A stretch of DNA of 64,000 nt, from contig CP110440.1 in assembly GCA_026914245.1 (NCBI GenBank), forward strand, positions 62,001 through 126,000. The letters are read 5' to 3'. Below are positions 28,210 to 40,273 of the stretch, one piece after another. Every line of letters starts with the position of its first letter. The stretch's first letter is position 1. This DNA is from Puccinia triticina. Lineage: Eukaryota. A program made the translations under genes and the position numbers. The notes beneath the pieces were generated by a model, which saw only the letters and a list, made by a program, of their open reading frames with translations, was not told where the DNA came from and searched no databases.

Positions 28210-29965
28210 TGACAGCTCTGTTTATGAAGCTTAGGGCAAAAACCCGTCAATTTTAAGGGTTTTGGGCCCTAGCACTATAACTGTGCTGATGTAAACACTA
28301 GTAATGTAAATTAATAAACTTGCTACGTGGTAAATATGGCCACTACAAGGGTTTTAAACACTCTTTAAAAGAGGAGGATTTATTATGTAATTAATAATAC
28401 GGACTTACTTTGCGCACTGCGAAAAGCTCTTCGCGCACTGTGCAGTGCGCGAAGTTTGCAAACACTTCGCGCACTGCGCGTGAAGGGCGCAACTTTTTCA
28501 AATTATTTTTTGACCAATCAATAGACAAGCTTATTATTGTCCTCTGTGAATTTATTTGGAGTTTTTTGAAGCTTCCTTGTATGCTTAAAAATCCCACCAA
28601 TAAAAAAAACAAGTACAGCCATTTGGGGACCTGGAATTCATATTCCCACAGGCCAAAAAATCCAATTAATTTATTGAATCATATTAAACATGTATTTAAA
28701 AGTTTTAGAACTTTTTGGCCACTTTGTACAAGGACAAGGCTTTCAAAAACCAGTAACTGTTTCTCAAGATATGCCAAAATGCGCCAGTAAGTGGTGAACT
28801 TTCCTAATTTTTGAAAGCCTTATTCTTGCACAAAGTGGCCAAAAAATTCTAAAAAGTTTGAATTCATATGTATCATTATTCACTAAATTATTTGGATTTT
28901 TTGACTGGTGGGAATATGAATTCCAGGTCCCCAAATGGCTGTACTTGTTTTTTTTATTGGTGGGATTTTTAAGCATACAAGGAAGCTTCAAAAAACTCCA
29001 AATAAATTCACAGAGGACAATAATAAGCTTTTCTATTGATTGGTCAAAAAATAATTTGAAAAAGTTGCGCCCTTCACGCGCAGTGCGCGAAGTGTTTGCA
29101 AACTTCGCGCACTGCACAGTGCGCGAAGAGCTTTTCGCAGTGCGCGAAGTAAGTCCGTTAATAATATATAATTATTGATTACAGGGAATAAATTTGGCGT
29201 AAAAAGTAGGTGGTAAGCGCTTAAACTGATTGGCTACTTGACAGAGGCGGGGGTCTTACGGCAACTACTTATAAGGATAAGGCTTTAAATATGCTAATAA
29301 GGGATTTTTGATAATTTAAAGGGTTTCATCCAGTGGATTTTACGTGCTGGGGATGGTTTATAAGGAAAAGGGGCTACGATAGTAGCAGAGGAGAATATTC
29401 ACGGCAAACTTACAGTTTCTGGGTGGTGAATGATCTGGGGGATCTTTTCCTGAGGGCCAAATAGGCCTCTATTTATAGAGGGGACCTCAGTGGGCGTAAA
29501 CACTAAGTCCTTTTCTCCCTATGGGAGTATCCTGAGGTGTAGCCGTGAACAGGGCTTGGCTGTGGGCAAATTATTTGTATTGTAATAGACTTCCCTGACT
29601 CTGTCACATGACATATTTATAACCAATTGTCATGCAAAAGAGCTTCAGTAGAAGTCTACATAATACTTTCACGGGGTATTTTTACATGAGTAATATTACT
29701 CATTAATGTACAACAGTTTATTTTTATGTACTTTGTTTGTTTTACTAATTTTTTGTATGTAATACTATTTTTGGGCGCTTTCTGGGGCCAATTCTTATTT
29801 ATACAATTAGTACATGAAGGAATAGGAATAAGGGGTTAATTTGAGTGGGTTAACCCCCTTAATTTATGATGAGGAATCTGAATCTGCAATAATAATTTAA
29901 TTATAAATATTATTTACCAAGTTATTGCAGTCTTTTGGATACTTGACGTATCTCTAAGGCTGACA
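28210..29965 (-). mobile_element. Solo LTR (about 990 bp net), copy 1
   Basis: TG...CA ends with short inverted termini; 5-bp TSD TTATT; reverse-complement match to 50651-51760. Confidence 0.9.
28400..29157. mobile_element. Mutator-like foldback element (758 bp, arms about 345 bp)
   Basis: Near-perfect inverted arms starting CGGACTTACTT; 9-bp TSD TTAATAATA; absent from the second LTR copy. Confidence 0.93.
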
Positions 29966-31586
29966 TTATTCAAGGAAGGCAGCCCTTCAAGCACCTTTAG
30001 CCTAAACTTACCTAGTTTTTGCTATATTCCCTTCCAAGCTCAGATCACGCCTTGCGTAGAAGTTCCACAGCGTAGTTTTAGCGCAGATGCGCGCAATTGC
30101 GCTAACGCTACGCTAAAAAATAGCGCTTTTGCGCTGCGCTACGCTACACCACGGTCAATAGAAGGTGTTCCTGATGTGTAATACCTCCTTGGAGCTTAAA
30201 ATATTTTCTAGAGAGTGTGTTCTGATGGCAGAAAAAAATTGGGGCCGTTTGGAGCACAGCAGATAAGGTTTTGGGGGTTTGCCTTAGTAGGAAATCCACC
30301 AAATCCGCCCGGCTACACAGGGTCTCCCTGAGGAGTGCTAATGCCGTGAAGCTTATAATATGTTCTAAAGAGTGTAATCTTATAGAAGGAAGAATTTGGG
30401 GCTGTTTGGAGAAACGTAGATAAGGTTTTGGGGGTTTGCCTTAGTAGGAAATCCGCCAAATAACCCCCCCCCCCGGCTACACAGGGTCTCCCTGAGGAGT
30501 ACTAATGCCGTGAAGCTCACAATATTCTCCAACAAGTGTATTTAGATTGCTGTAAAAATTTTAGGGTGTTTTGGTACAACAGTGACAAGATATAAATTCT
30601 TTTGTATATTCCGTCATTTTTTGTTAAATTAATGTCTCAACTCCCATCCTTGAGAGGGGAATTAATTAATTGACTCCCAAGATGCTTTTGGGGCCGCGCG
30701 AGGTCCCGAGGACCCAGGGGGGACGTCCTGAGACGGTCCGCGCGACGTAAACAACATTTGGGAGTCGATTTATTAATTCTTGGGAGTCAATTTTCCAACT
30801 CCCTTTATTTAACCTTGAAGAAATGGTGTAACATAACTCAGATTGTGTGGGATGACGCGCAAGAAGCAAGGCTTTGTCCCAAGCAAATTTTTAAGGTATA
30901 AGGTTTTGAGGGCAAGGAACTGTGATGGTTGGAAAAAACCACCCAGCCAAACCCAAATTCTAGGCTCTGCGAAAGGGGGTGCTAGCGCGCAAGTCTCCCC
31001 TCCCGAGGGCTATCGGAGGCTTGCTTCGCAAGACCAGACGCCCGCAGCAGCGAGGGACTTGGGTTAAGCTCGCGCAGCTACGGATATTCAGGCAAGACAG
31101 CCGATTCCTATCCCCCCGTTGGCTCACGGACAGCCTCACGCCAGAGGGAATACCTCTCCATCGAGCCGTGGCCAGGCCTGGCACGGCGCCCGTGCCAGGG
31201 CCCTATAATGTTATCCGTCATGGGACGGCGCGGTCAGACCGTCCACAGATGTCGACTTGCACCCGGCCGTGTGTAGTAGTCCCTGCGTGAGCATGTAACA
31301 CTACAGAGAGTGAGCGTGGCATCCCACGGTGAAGGGTGAAGATCAGCAGGCCTGGCACTGGCAGGGGATCCATTCACTTCACACAAAGGGTGTTGATTTA
31401 GGCGCAAGGCATATGGCGCACCTGCCTGATATCCATCCTTGTAGACCTTTGCCAAGGCAAGTCAAACCCTCCGAGTCCGCTTTTCAGCTTAGCTGCAAGT
31501 TGCGCACTTACTCGGATCTTGTTTATAAGGAAAGGATTGCGTCCTTTACCAATCTGATCACAAAACACTTTCGCCCCCCCCTCCAA

Positions 31587-31949
31587 ATGTTAAAACAATT
31601 CATCCCCTTCAATGTACTGGTCGTATTATTCTTCGGTTGCAGCTTGGTTATAGTCTCACTGTCACAGCCTTTGATTTCCAGCAATACGTCCAAGGATTTC
31701 ATCCTCAAGGGTAGATCCCACTGGCCGGTGGGACAAGCTACTACGATATATAAACGACAACCACTACCACAGGAGGACAAAACCTTGGTTTCTAAAACTA
31801 AAACTCCTTCAACCAATTTCAAGCGGCCAACGTGAGTTTTGCGGCATCAGCCTTGTGTAAAAACAGTCCGGATATCCAGTGCTGATTTTTTTTCATAACT
31901 TATAATTACCACTAGGCTCGAAATCAGGGAGCTATCTCGACTTGTTTGA
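31587..31949 (+). CDS. Candidate small secreted protein (about 92 aa)
   Basis: Signal-peptide-like MLKQFIPFNVLVVLFFGCSLVIVSLS; KR dibasic sites; intron 31832-31915 (GTGAGT...GCTGAT...TAG); ends LEIRELSRLV. Confidence 0.6.
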
Positions 31950-32436
31950 ACTGAAAATCTGGCCCGCTCCGCAGCATGATGTCCACCTCACTATTTCTTT
32001 GTTTTTCAAACCAGCAGAACCATCAATCACCAATAGCTTATGAAGCATATTCTTCTCAACAGAAATTGTATATAGTTATAATATGAAGAGAATATCATTC
32101 GGATCATATCATTTAAGAACTGTAAAACCATCAATCTGCCCCATGTTTTTGTCTTGCATTAAATAATTAGAGATAAAATGTATTTAAAACAAAAGGAAAA
32201 TGGCTGTTATGCATCTTCATCTTCCCCATTGCATGGGATCATTGTCTTCAACCGAAGCTGCGCTGATGGCTTGGTCGACTGCAACCTTGTGTGTAATTCA
32301 TGGAGTAGATTCCAACTCCAGAAGAGATCTTCTGTTCTAGATCTAGAACAGAAAAGAGTGTGCTTACCTGGGAATTAATTGGACTGACATTCTGTGTCTT
32401 AAAAACTTGCATGAAAAAGCAAAAATTGTATATTTA

Positions 32437-32821
32437 GGCCCCGTTTGGAGCCAATATAAATATAGGTGATATAATCACTTGTAAACTCAATAAAAAATAC
32501 AAAACTCAACATAAAGAATCCAATTTTTTTTGTAGGAAACCTACAGTAATGGTCTCATCAACCATGAATTCAGATTTAACTGATTCAGCCATCTTCAGCA
32601 CCATAATACTATTATATTGCTTTTTTTTGGTCAAAAGCAATATAATGGTACTACAGTACTGAATATGGCTGAATCAGTTGAATCTGACTTCATAATTGAA
32701 GAGACCAGTATTGTAGGCTGCCTAGAAAAAATATTTGGAGGCTTTATGTTGAATTTTGTAGTTTTCATTGAATTAACCAATGATTATATCACCTATATTT
32801 ATATCGGCTCCAAACAAAGCC
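32437..32821. mobile_element. Tourist-like palindromic MITE (385 bp)
   Basis: TIR GGCCCCGTTTGGAGCC...; TTA TSD; almost fully self-complementary. Confidence 0.87.
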
Positions 32822-33428
32822 TTAGATGATAAAACTACTGGGTCTAACTTTTTTTTTCAAGGGTATTTGGATCACTTTCCGATCAGGTATTTCTCTTCCT
32901 GATCGGAAATGTAGCGTGTGATTATTGATACGTATTTATCTACTGGCTACTCTGATCAAGCGTATATATATGCTCAAACCAATTCCTGGCAAAACACAGC
33001 ACTATTACACCTCTGAATTGCGAATGTTTAGGCGCGATTTTCAGAGACTGAAATTTCAATTTTCAAAGGCCGTAAAAGTGGATGCAGCGGGTGGTCGGCG
33101 TCCAAGGGCTTCCTTTGAAATTTCCAGGCCCCAGCCAGGCGTTCGGATGGATGTTGCAGGGCTGTTGCTCGTCATGGGAATTTGTGACAGATCAGAGCAC
33201 CACCCTGGACTCCTCTTGACCATTTCTCTCGAAAAACTACCACCACCACCCCCACCTGCCACCGGCCACCGCCACCACAGACCAGAACCAAACGACGAGA
33301 GAAGCCGCCCAGGAAGGAAAGGAAGCAAGAAAACAGACTCAGACACTTCGGAAATGGACTCAGACTGCTAGGCACGAAAAACTCGACTTATTCTCCTTCC
33401 GACTGTTTAAATTAAATACTGAATCCTG

Positions 33429-36400
33429 ATGGCAGTCAGCTTTCAAGAGTCTGTACTTCATCCCTCTCCTGACTTACAACATGTTTTTATCTGCTGCGGT
33501 GAAATTCAGAGGCGGTGATCAACAGACTGACTAGAGTTTAATTCTGTTGACACATACAACCCTAGGACTCATCAACGTTATCAAGCTGCACTCGACAGCG
33601 CACTTCAGCACTTCAAAAAACTCGTGGATTCTCATCACTCGAAACACTGGCAACTTGTACCGCCCACCTCCACCCAACCTAATCATTCACGCTCTCAATT
33701 CTCACAGACCCAACAAGCCAACCCTCATCATCAATTCCTCAATGGTCTCGCTCCAATCGACTTCTCGAACGTCCAAGTCCATCGTCGCAAGTTAGACGGA
33801 TCATCTGTCGTCCGAGCTATCTGCGATCTATCGATCGATCCAACGCGCTTCGATATAGATGACTTCAAGGCTGTTCTCCAGACCGCCGAGGTTAGAGGCG
33901 TTTGGGATAAGCTAGTGGATAAAGCAACGGTGATCGAAGTGCTTGACCCTCAAAGCAGGATAGTTAAAACTGATTTTAGATTAGGCTGGCCTGCCAAGTT
34001 GAGTAATTGATTCTCTTTTCAAGTTTTCATCTCGCTTTTCTTTCCTTGCCCGCTTTTTTTTATATTCTTGATCTGCTTGATCCTCTCGGATGTCAGCTCT
34101 TGCATCCACAATACATCTGAGCATCGATCGGTTTATTTATTTCTATTCTTGTTTTCCATTCTCAACCTTTCATACGTTGCATCAGACCTAAAGAACACTA
34201 CTGATCATAATCCTCAAACGTCTCTAGTCCTCGAGATTCAATTACCATATCAAAAACATTCACAGATTCGAATACAGTCATTGACATCTCGACCTCACTT
34301 CCTCGCTCAGCTGATGAACCGGCCTACCTTCGACCTTCCCCACCATTTGTTCGCTCGCATGTTCACCTCCTTGCTTGGTGTATCCAACTGGTCCATGATC
34401 CTCCACAACCCTCTAACAATCCTACTCAATCCTCCCAAGCAAAAGAAGCTGTACAAACTCATGACCACCCGACCGATCGAGACTCATCTACCCAAGCCCT
34501 CCACAACAAGGCTCCGCCAAGCAAAGCTCGAATTACTGTGTTTTGGAAGGTCAACTGGAAGGGTGCCATCTTCTCAACTCATCATTCTCAAATCGCTTCA
34601 CTTCTCAACGGATTTGTTGATTACGTAAGAAACCAGGCTACCGAAATTCCAATCATGTCATCGTATGCCGATGGAGTCGATTTCAGCTCAGCTTCTTACG
34701 ATAAGGCAGACGAGAAGTTGAACCTCTCTTATTCAATCTTACCCGAAGATCCTAAAAACGATTTGTCGGAACCCACAAGTGGCACTTCTGAAAACGGAAA
34801 ATTTCCATCCGATGGCACGCGACTTCGACGCGCGATCGAGCTGAAACTACCGGTTGATCAAGGCTGGGATATCCAAGTCAACGTTTATGGCCAAGGAGAG
34901 GATGTCAATGAAAATTGGGAAGTGATGGCTGAGAAACCACCGGACGCACTTCGTACAATCTTACGGATCACCCATGCCAAGTTACCAAAACCTGATCAGC
35001 TTGTCAGGGTCAAAGTCGTTGTTCAACGGCTTGCTGGTGGTAAAACTGTCAGAGTCAACCAAACTCCCGTCAAGGCTGCGACGATAGAGTCAAGTGGCAA
35101 CGAGGCATTATCTATTCTATTCAAAGAAGACGCCCGAAGTATCAGTGAACTGAGCTTGCAAACCGGCTCTACCGGAAACTCGAAGCTCACTAATGATACG
35201 GCCTCAACGGTAGATGCCCCCGCCCGCGAGTCTGCTTCGCCATGTCCACAGGCGTCGGCACTTGCCAAAAGACTGAATGCCTCTCGCGAAAATGTGATAT
35301 CTACTCTTTTACGAAGGAGTTACATATATTTCAGTTCACTACTACAGGAACCTGAAGCTAAATGGAAACATACATCTGATTCGCGCGGTGTTAGTGTGAC
35401 CCAACTCCAGTCCATTGATCCCACCTTGACGGTTTATAGAGCTGAGGCGACGTTTGTCGGAGTCGGCGTTTGGAACGTACTGAGCGCGATCACCACAGCA
35501 GGTGCGCGCCTTTACTGGGACAAGAGCTTAACTGAGGTGAAATTGTTGGAGGAATTGAATGATCTGAGTTCGCTGTGGCAGATCAAACAGAAAGGAAGTT
35601 GGCCGATTGCACCTCGTGATAGTATTCTGATAACTACCACATACAAATCCCCTGCTTCGGTTCATATATTCTCAGTTTCAACTGACGATTCCAATCTCTT
35701 CCCAAGTATCCAACCCCCCACACCTGGATACATCCGCGCCCGGACTGAAATTTTGGGGTGGTCCATCGAGTCATTATCTCCGACGACTACCCAAATCACC
35801 CTCATTGGTACATCCACATTCCTATTCTTGCGCTATGTTAAATACTGAAACCATGTTTGATTATACCCACAGATCAACATGATCCACTTGGCTGGTCTCC
35901 GAAAAGCTGGACTCCGGCTCAACTAATCGCTCAAGTAGCGAATGTTGGGGAGTTTGCTATGAAATCGGGTGGGCCGCCGTTGATAACTCGTATTTCGGGT
36001 GCCAGGGTAACCTTATCAAAGTACGAGCACGATAAGGGGACGTTCCGTGCAGAATACACGGCTTCTGAGAGTGCACTCACGCCGGCCATCATGGATCCTT
36101 CACATTCGACTACATGCTCAATCGATGCCTCAGATACATCCTCGGTTGAATGCGAGATTAGGTGTGATTGTGAAAGCTGGGCCGTTTCATTGGACATCGT
36201 GGTCGACCCACCCCCGACGAAGGCAAGCTGCTTAAAGCGTCACAAACTCTCATCCGGCGGCGGGTGGTGGATTACGATCGAGCATGATCCAAACTTATTG
36301 GAGCGCGACAAAGCCAAAATACTCATCCGGAGAGGAAGAACTGGACTGGATGAGAAGGGCTCAGTTACCCTGAATGGTACCAATTTAAAAGTCGATATCG

Positions 36401-39400
36401 AAGAATTATCCGCAGAAGAAGCCAAGAGTTTGGCAACCCAACGACGAGTCAAAGCAAGTCTGATCCCGTATGCGATTCCCAAGCTCTGTCTTCTCCCGCT
36501 ACTTTGATATGCTGATCCACAAATGATGATGAAAACTCGCCCATAGACTTGATCAATATTCCCTATCTGGTCCTCGAATGTGGAGGGGTAGTCCATCTGT
36601 CAGCAATCCTGGCACACGATCTTCGACTCCGAACCCTGTGCGCGGTCAAGAAGAGTGCACTGCCCCTGTTCCAGACGTCGCATCCTTGCATCCTATAGCA
36701 ACTTCACTCAAACTATCTGAACCTCTGCGCCCTTCGCATCCAATGGCTAGCGCTTTAGAAGCCCTCGCCGTTCTCCAGACTTTCCACATTGAACAGGGAC
36801 CTGACATCATGGTACCCCCCGCTGGATGGACGCTAGTCGCTGAGAAGGGTAGCGCATCTGTCTACAAGAAAAGGGTACCTCAGATATCTGAAACCTTTCC
36901 AGTTTACCGGGCGGATCAAGTCATCCAAGGCGTCACTGCAGAAGAAATGGTTTCCGTTTTAGCTACTTTTTCCAGTCGTCCGCTTTGGGATGATGGTGTC
37001 GAAACGTCTTATCTTCTTGAAAGCTATGGTAATGGCTGTACTACTCGTCTGCTAACTACAAAGCCCACCTTTCCATTCAAAGCCCGTCTGTTGCAAACTG
37101 CCAACGTCCACGCCCTTCTTCAACTTCCGTCATCATCAATCAGCTCAAGTACAACTGCTGTCCACTTTCTAGCATCTGCGTCCTTCAAGCAACCCGGCGA
37201 CGGCTTATTGACCAATAGCAAGCTGAATCCTCAAGGCTTGGTCGAGGCACATGTGTTTCTCGAGGGTTGGATCATGGAAACAGTCGATCCCTATTCTTCG
37301 AGTTCCCATGAGATTCCTTCTACAAGATGCACTCACTTCAGTGCGATCGATTATGGTAGCTCATTACCTGTGGCTCTGAACTCAATATTGAATTCTAGTT
37401 TACCCCGAATGATCAGTGGGTTAGCAACCCTGGTCAAGTCGCACGGACCGGTTCCGAGACTTTGCCAGCCAGTATTTGGACTACGAATGAACAGCTCGCT
37501 GCGAACCGATGGACTTGCTGATTGGAAGTGGAAACTTGATGGGGCCGATACTTCGAAAATAGCCTTATCTGTCGACGCAACCCCGGACTCGCCGTTTCGG
37601 GCAATGTTTTTACTTGAGAAAGGGGCCAACGAGCCTACGTCGAACGATTCTCCAACGGCGTCCGGTGGTCCATCTAGCGCACATTCTGCCTCGAGGTACG
37701 AGACCATCCGGCAATTAGGCGTAGCATTTCCTCCGACAAGCGATTCAAGCAGTGGATCAACCTTTGTGCGTCGATTAGTATCGAACCCTGATTTACAACG
37801 GAAAGCTAGCACGGGTCAACTGAGAAGGACTGGTGCCAGTTGGACATCCAATCTGCATGGGGCCCATGTGATAAGTCCGAAGGCGAGCGAGTTGGTTGTT
37901 GCTGAACTTGCATTGGATCGAAAGTTTTATCCACACGGGTGTCGAGTCTCTTGGAAGGCATGCTTTCTGAAGCCTGGAACCAAAGCGATCATCGAAAAAG
38001 ATATCAAGTTTCCGTTTCCACCCGAAGCCGACACGTTGATGCTGCCGTTAAAAGTCTCCTTTCACCAGATGCCAAGCCCCACCATCTTTGCCGCCTCCTT
38101 GGACCCAGCTGTTAGGAGAGAACACATATTGTTGAGGATGACATTACCGGTGGGAGAGATACACTCTCCCATCAAAGACCCTTTGACTAGCCATTCGGAT
38201 TCGGAACCGTCACCTCCACCCCTCTGGTACACTCGAATGAGCAAGCGGGCAACAGTGGTCCACCTCTCAATCGAGCAGATTACGGCGAGCAAAGATGGCG
38301 ATATGCCCGGACCGCCACATGAGCATGCCAAGGGTCTCAAGAAATCGCAAGATTTACAAGCGATCGTCAATGGTGAAAAGAAGAAGGTCATCCCGATCGA
38401 AGAGAGTCAAGCAGAACTTGAGCGTCGGGAAGTGGATGATTATGTGGGGGTCTACCCTTCAATTTCTCGGTGAGCGGTGTTTCATGAGTTTGATGTGGAA
38501 GCGATCACTTGCTAACGGCACATTCTTTTTGAATGCTCAACTGACCGGTAAAGTCTTGGCCGAATTTCAAGCACATTACCTAAGCGACAAGTATCACAAC
38601 CAACGCTGAGTTCTAGCGTGGTGGAGAGTGTCTTACCGCCTGAGATGGAACGGCCGTTGGCTACCTCGATAGATTTCAAGAGTGACTCGGATGATCACCC
38701 GGGATCGTGTTCTTTGCCAGGCTCAGCCATGGAATCACCCCACCTGTTATCACCCGTCAATGAAGTTCGAGAGCCAGAGGAAGAAGGTGGAAAACAGAAC
38801 CTCATCCATGGCTCCCATAACCTGGTAAGTCAGGAATTATTTTCAAATTGCTGCACCTGGATGCTTACATGAAAGTTTTCGCTGCCAACGATGAATGTTT
38901 CACAGGAGGTCGAATCGATAAACCGGCCCCAAAACGGAAGCTTTGAAGCGTTCAAAAACTTCATTTTCAGAAGCCATATCAATAGTCATCCAAAAAATAA
39001 TGCCACGGCGAGTAAAAACGAGCAGGCCAAACAATCCACGAGTTTTTTGCGTCGATTTATCTGCAGGAAAAGGACTTATACCAATCGCCATCTTGTCCTC
39101 ACTGCCTTGATCTCTTTCTTGCTAGGTTCGATCCTAAGATCGATGTTAATTCCAAGCGATTATTTGATCATCCCGCCTTCTCCCCCACCTTCATCCAAGC
39201 CCTGCTTTTCATATCCTCCGTCATCACCATCGTCCGCTGTTCTCAGCACCACCGCAACCCTCAACGAAGACATCAAAGCTGACCAAGGTGGCGGTGCTCA
39301 CCATGCGAGTGATTTCTGTGCTACGCCTAGCAACCAGCATCAAAGTTATTTTAGACTATCCGAATCAGATCAACAGTTGCTAAAATTACTAGAAACTAGA

Positions 39401-39505
39401 AATCATTGGAAACAACTCCGAAAAATCTTCGACTTCAACCTCAACTTTTTCTCTTACTTCCTCTATTCTTCTTGGAGTATCGTCATTGCTTTTGTCAAGA
39501 ATTAG
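33429..39505 (+). CDS. Large multi-START/SRPBCC lipid-binding domain protein with a C-terminal hydrophobic anchor
   Basis: Micro-exon MAVSFQE plus intron 33449-33565. Three START-like modules (RGVWDKLVD...GWPA; RLYWDKSL...WPIAPRD; RPLWDDGV...FPFKAR). Hydrophobic LVLTALISFLLGSIL near the C-terminus. Confidence 0.75.
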
Positions 39506-40273
39506 CTGTCCATTTTCCTGGTTTGTTTTTAGGTACCTCGAGTCTGGATGTTCTCTGTTTGAAACTTTTATCGCTTTCCTTTATACTTCGGAGTGTGTCC
39601 ACTATGTTTAAAAACCTGTACATTTTACTTCAAATTACAAACTCTACAGTCTGATTCATTGTAGGAAAAAAAAATCCCATGGAACGGAATTCATAGCTAT
39701 CCCATAAATACTTAACTAGATAGCAATGTCAGTTCAAGTCTTCATCTTGAGGAACATTAGATCTTACTGCCTTACTTATTGTAATTGTGATTTACTTTTG
39801 TTCTTATTACCCTTTCCGAGGTTTTTATTCTTATACGCATGTATATATATAATAATTTATTTGGCAAATGTATTCAAGATATTGTGTTTGACTATGGAGA
39901 GACCATATCAATGATAGTCCAATCACACCAGAGGCTAATTGAACGCAAAATTTGTATATACATACATCCAATTGCCTCTCTCCGCCAATAGTCTAATCCA
40001 ACCTATCTTTCCGGGCCTTGACTTGTTATCAAATAAGAGATACCGATTCTTTTTGGATGCTCATCAGGATCACCGGGAACTAGCTACTTTGCCACAAACA
40101 TCCATCTCTAGGACCGTTTGCTTCAAGGCAAAAAGCTTGAGAGCATTCTGACTTGCATAACTAATACCAAAGTACAAGAATGAGATAGGAGTTTTTCTTT
40201 TTCTAACTGCATGGCAGAAACGCGTCAAAAGAAGTTGAGAGTTTGTAGGTTTTTTTGCGGACAAGTGACAAGA

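Larger units (their letters stand above)
24998..30803. mobile_element. Non-autonomous long-TIR (Mutator/foldback-like) element hosting nested insertions
   Basis: Inverted arms of about 735 bp (left 24998-25279 plus 26646-~27100; right ~30070-30803), starting GGGAGTTG; 8-bp TSD TTTATTTA; ~165-bp tandem subrepeats within the arms. Confidence 0.9.

Noticed and set aside
28391..29178. Mirror-image ORF pairs on both strands
   Set aside because: Artefact of the foldback inverted repeat; no protein motifs.
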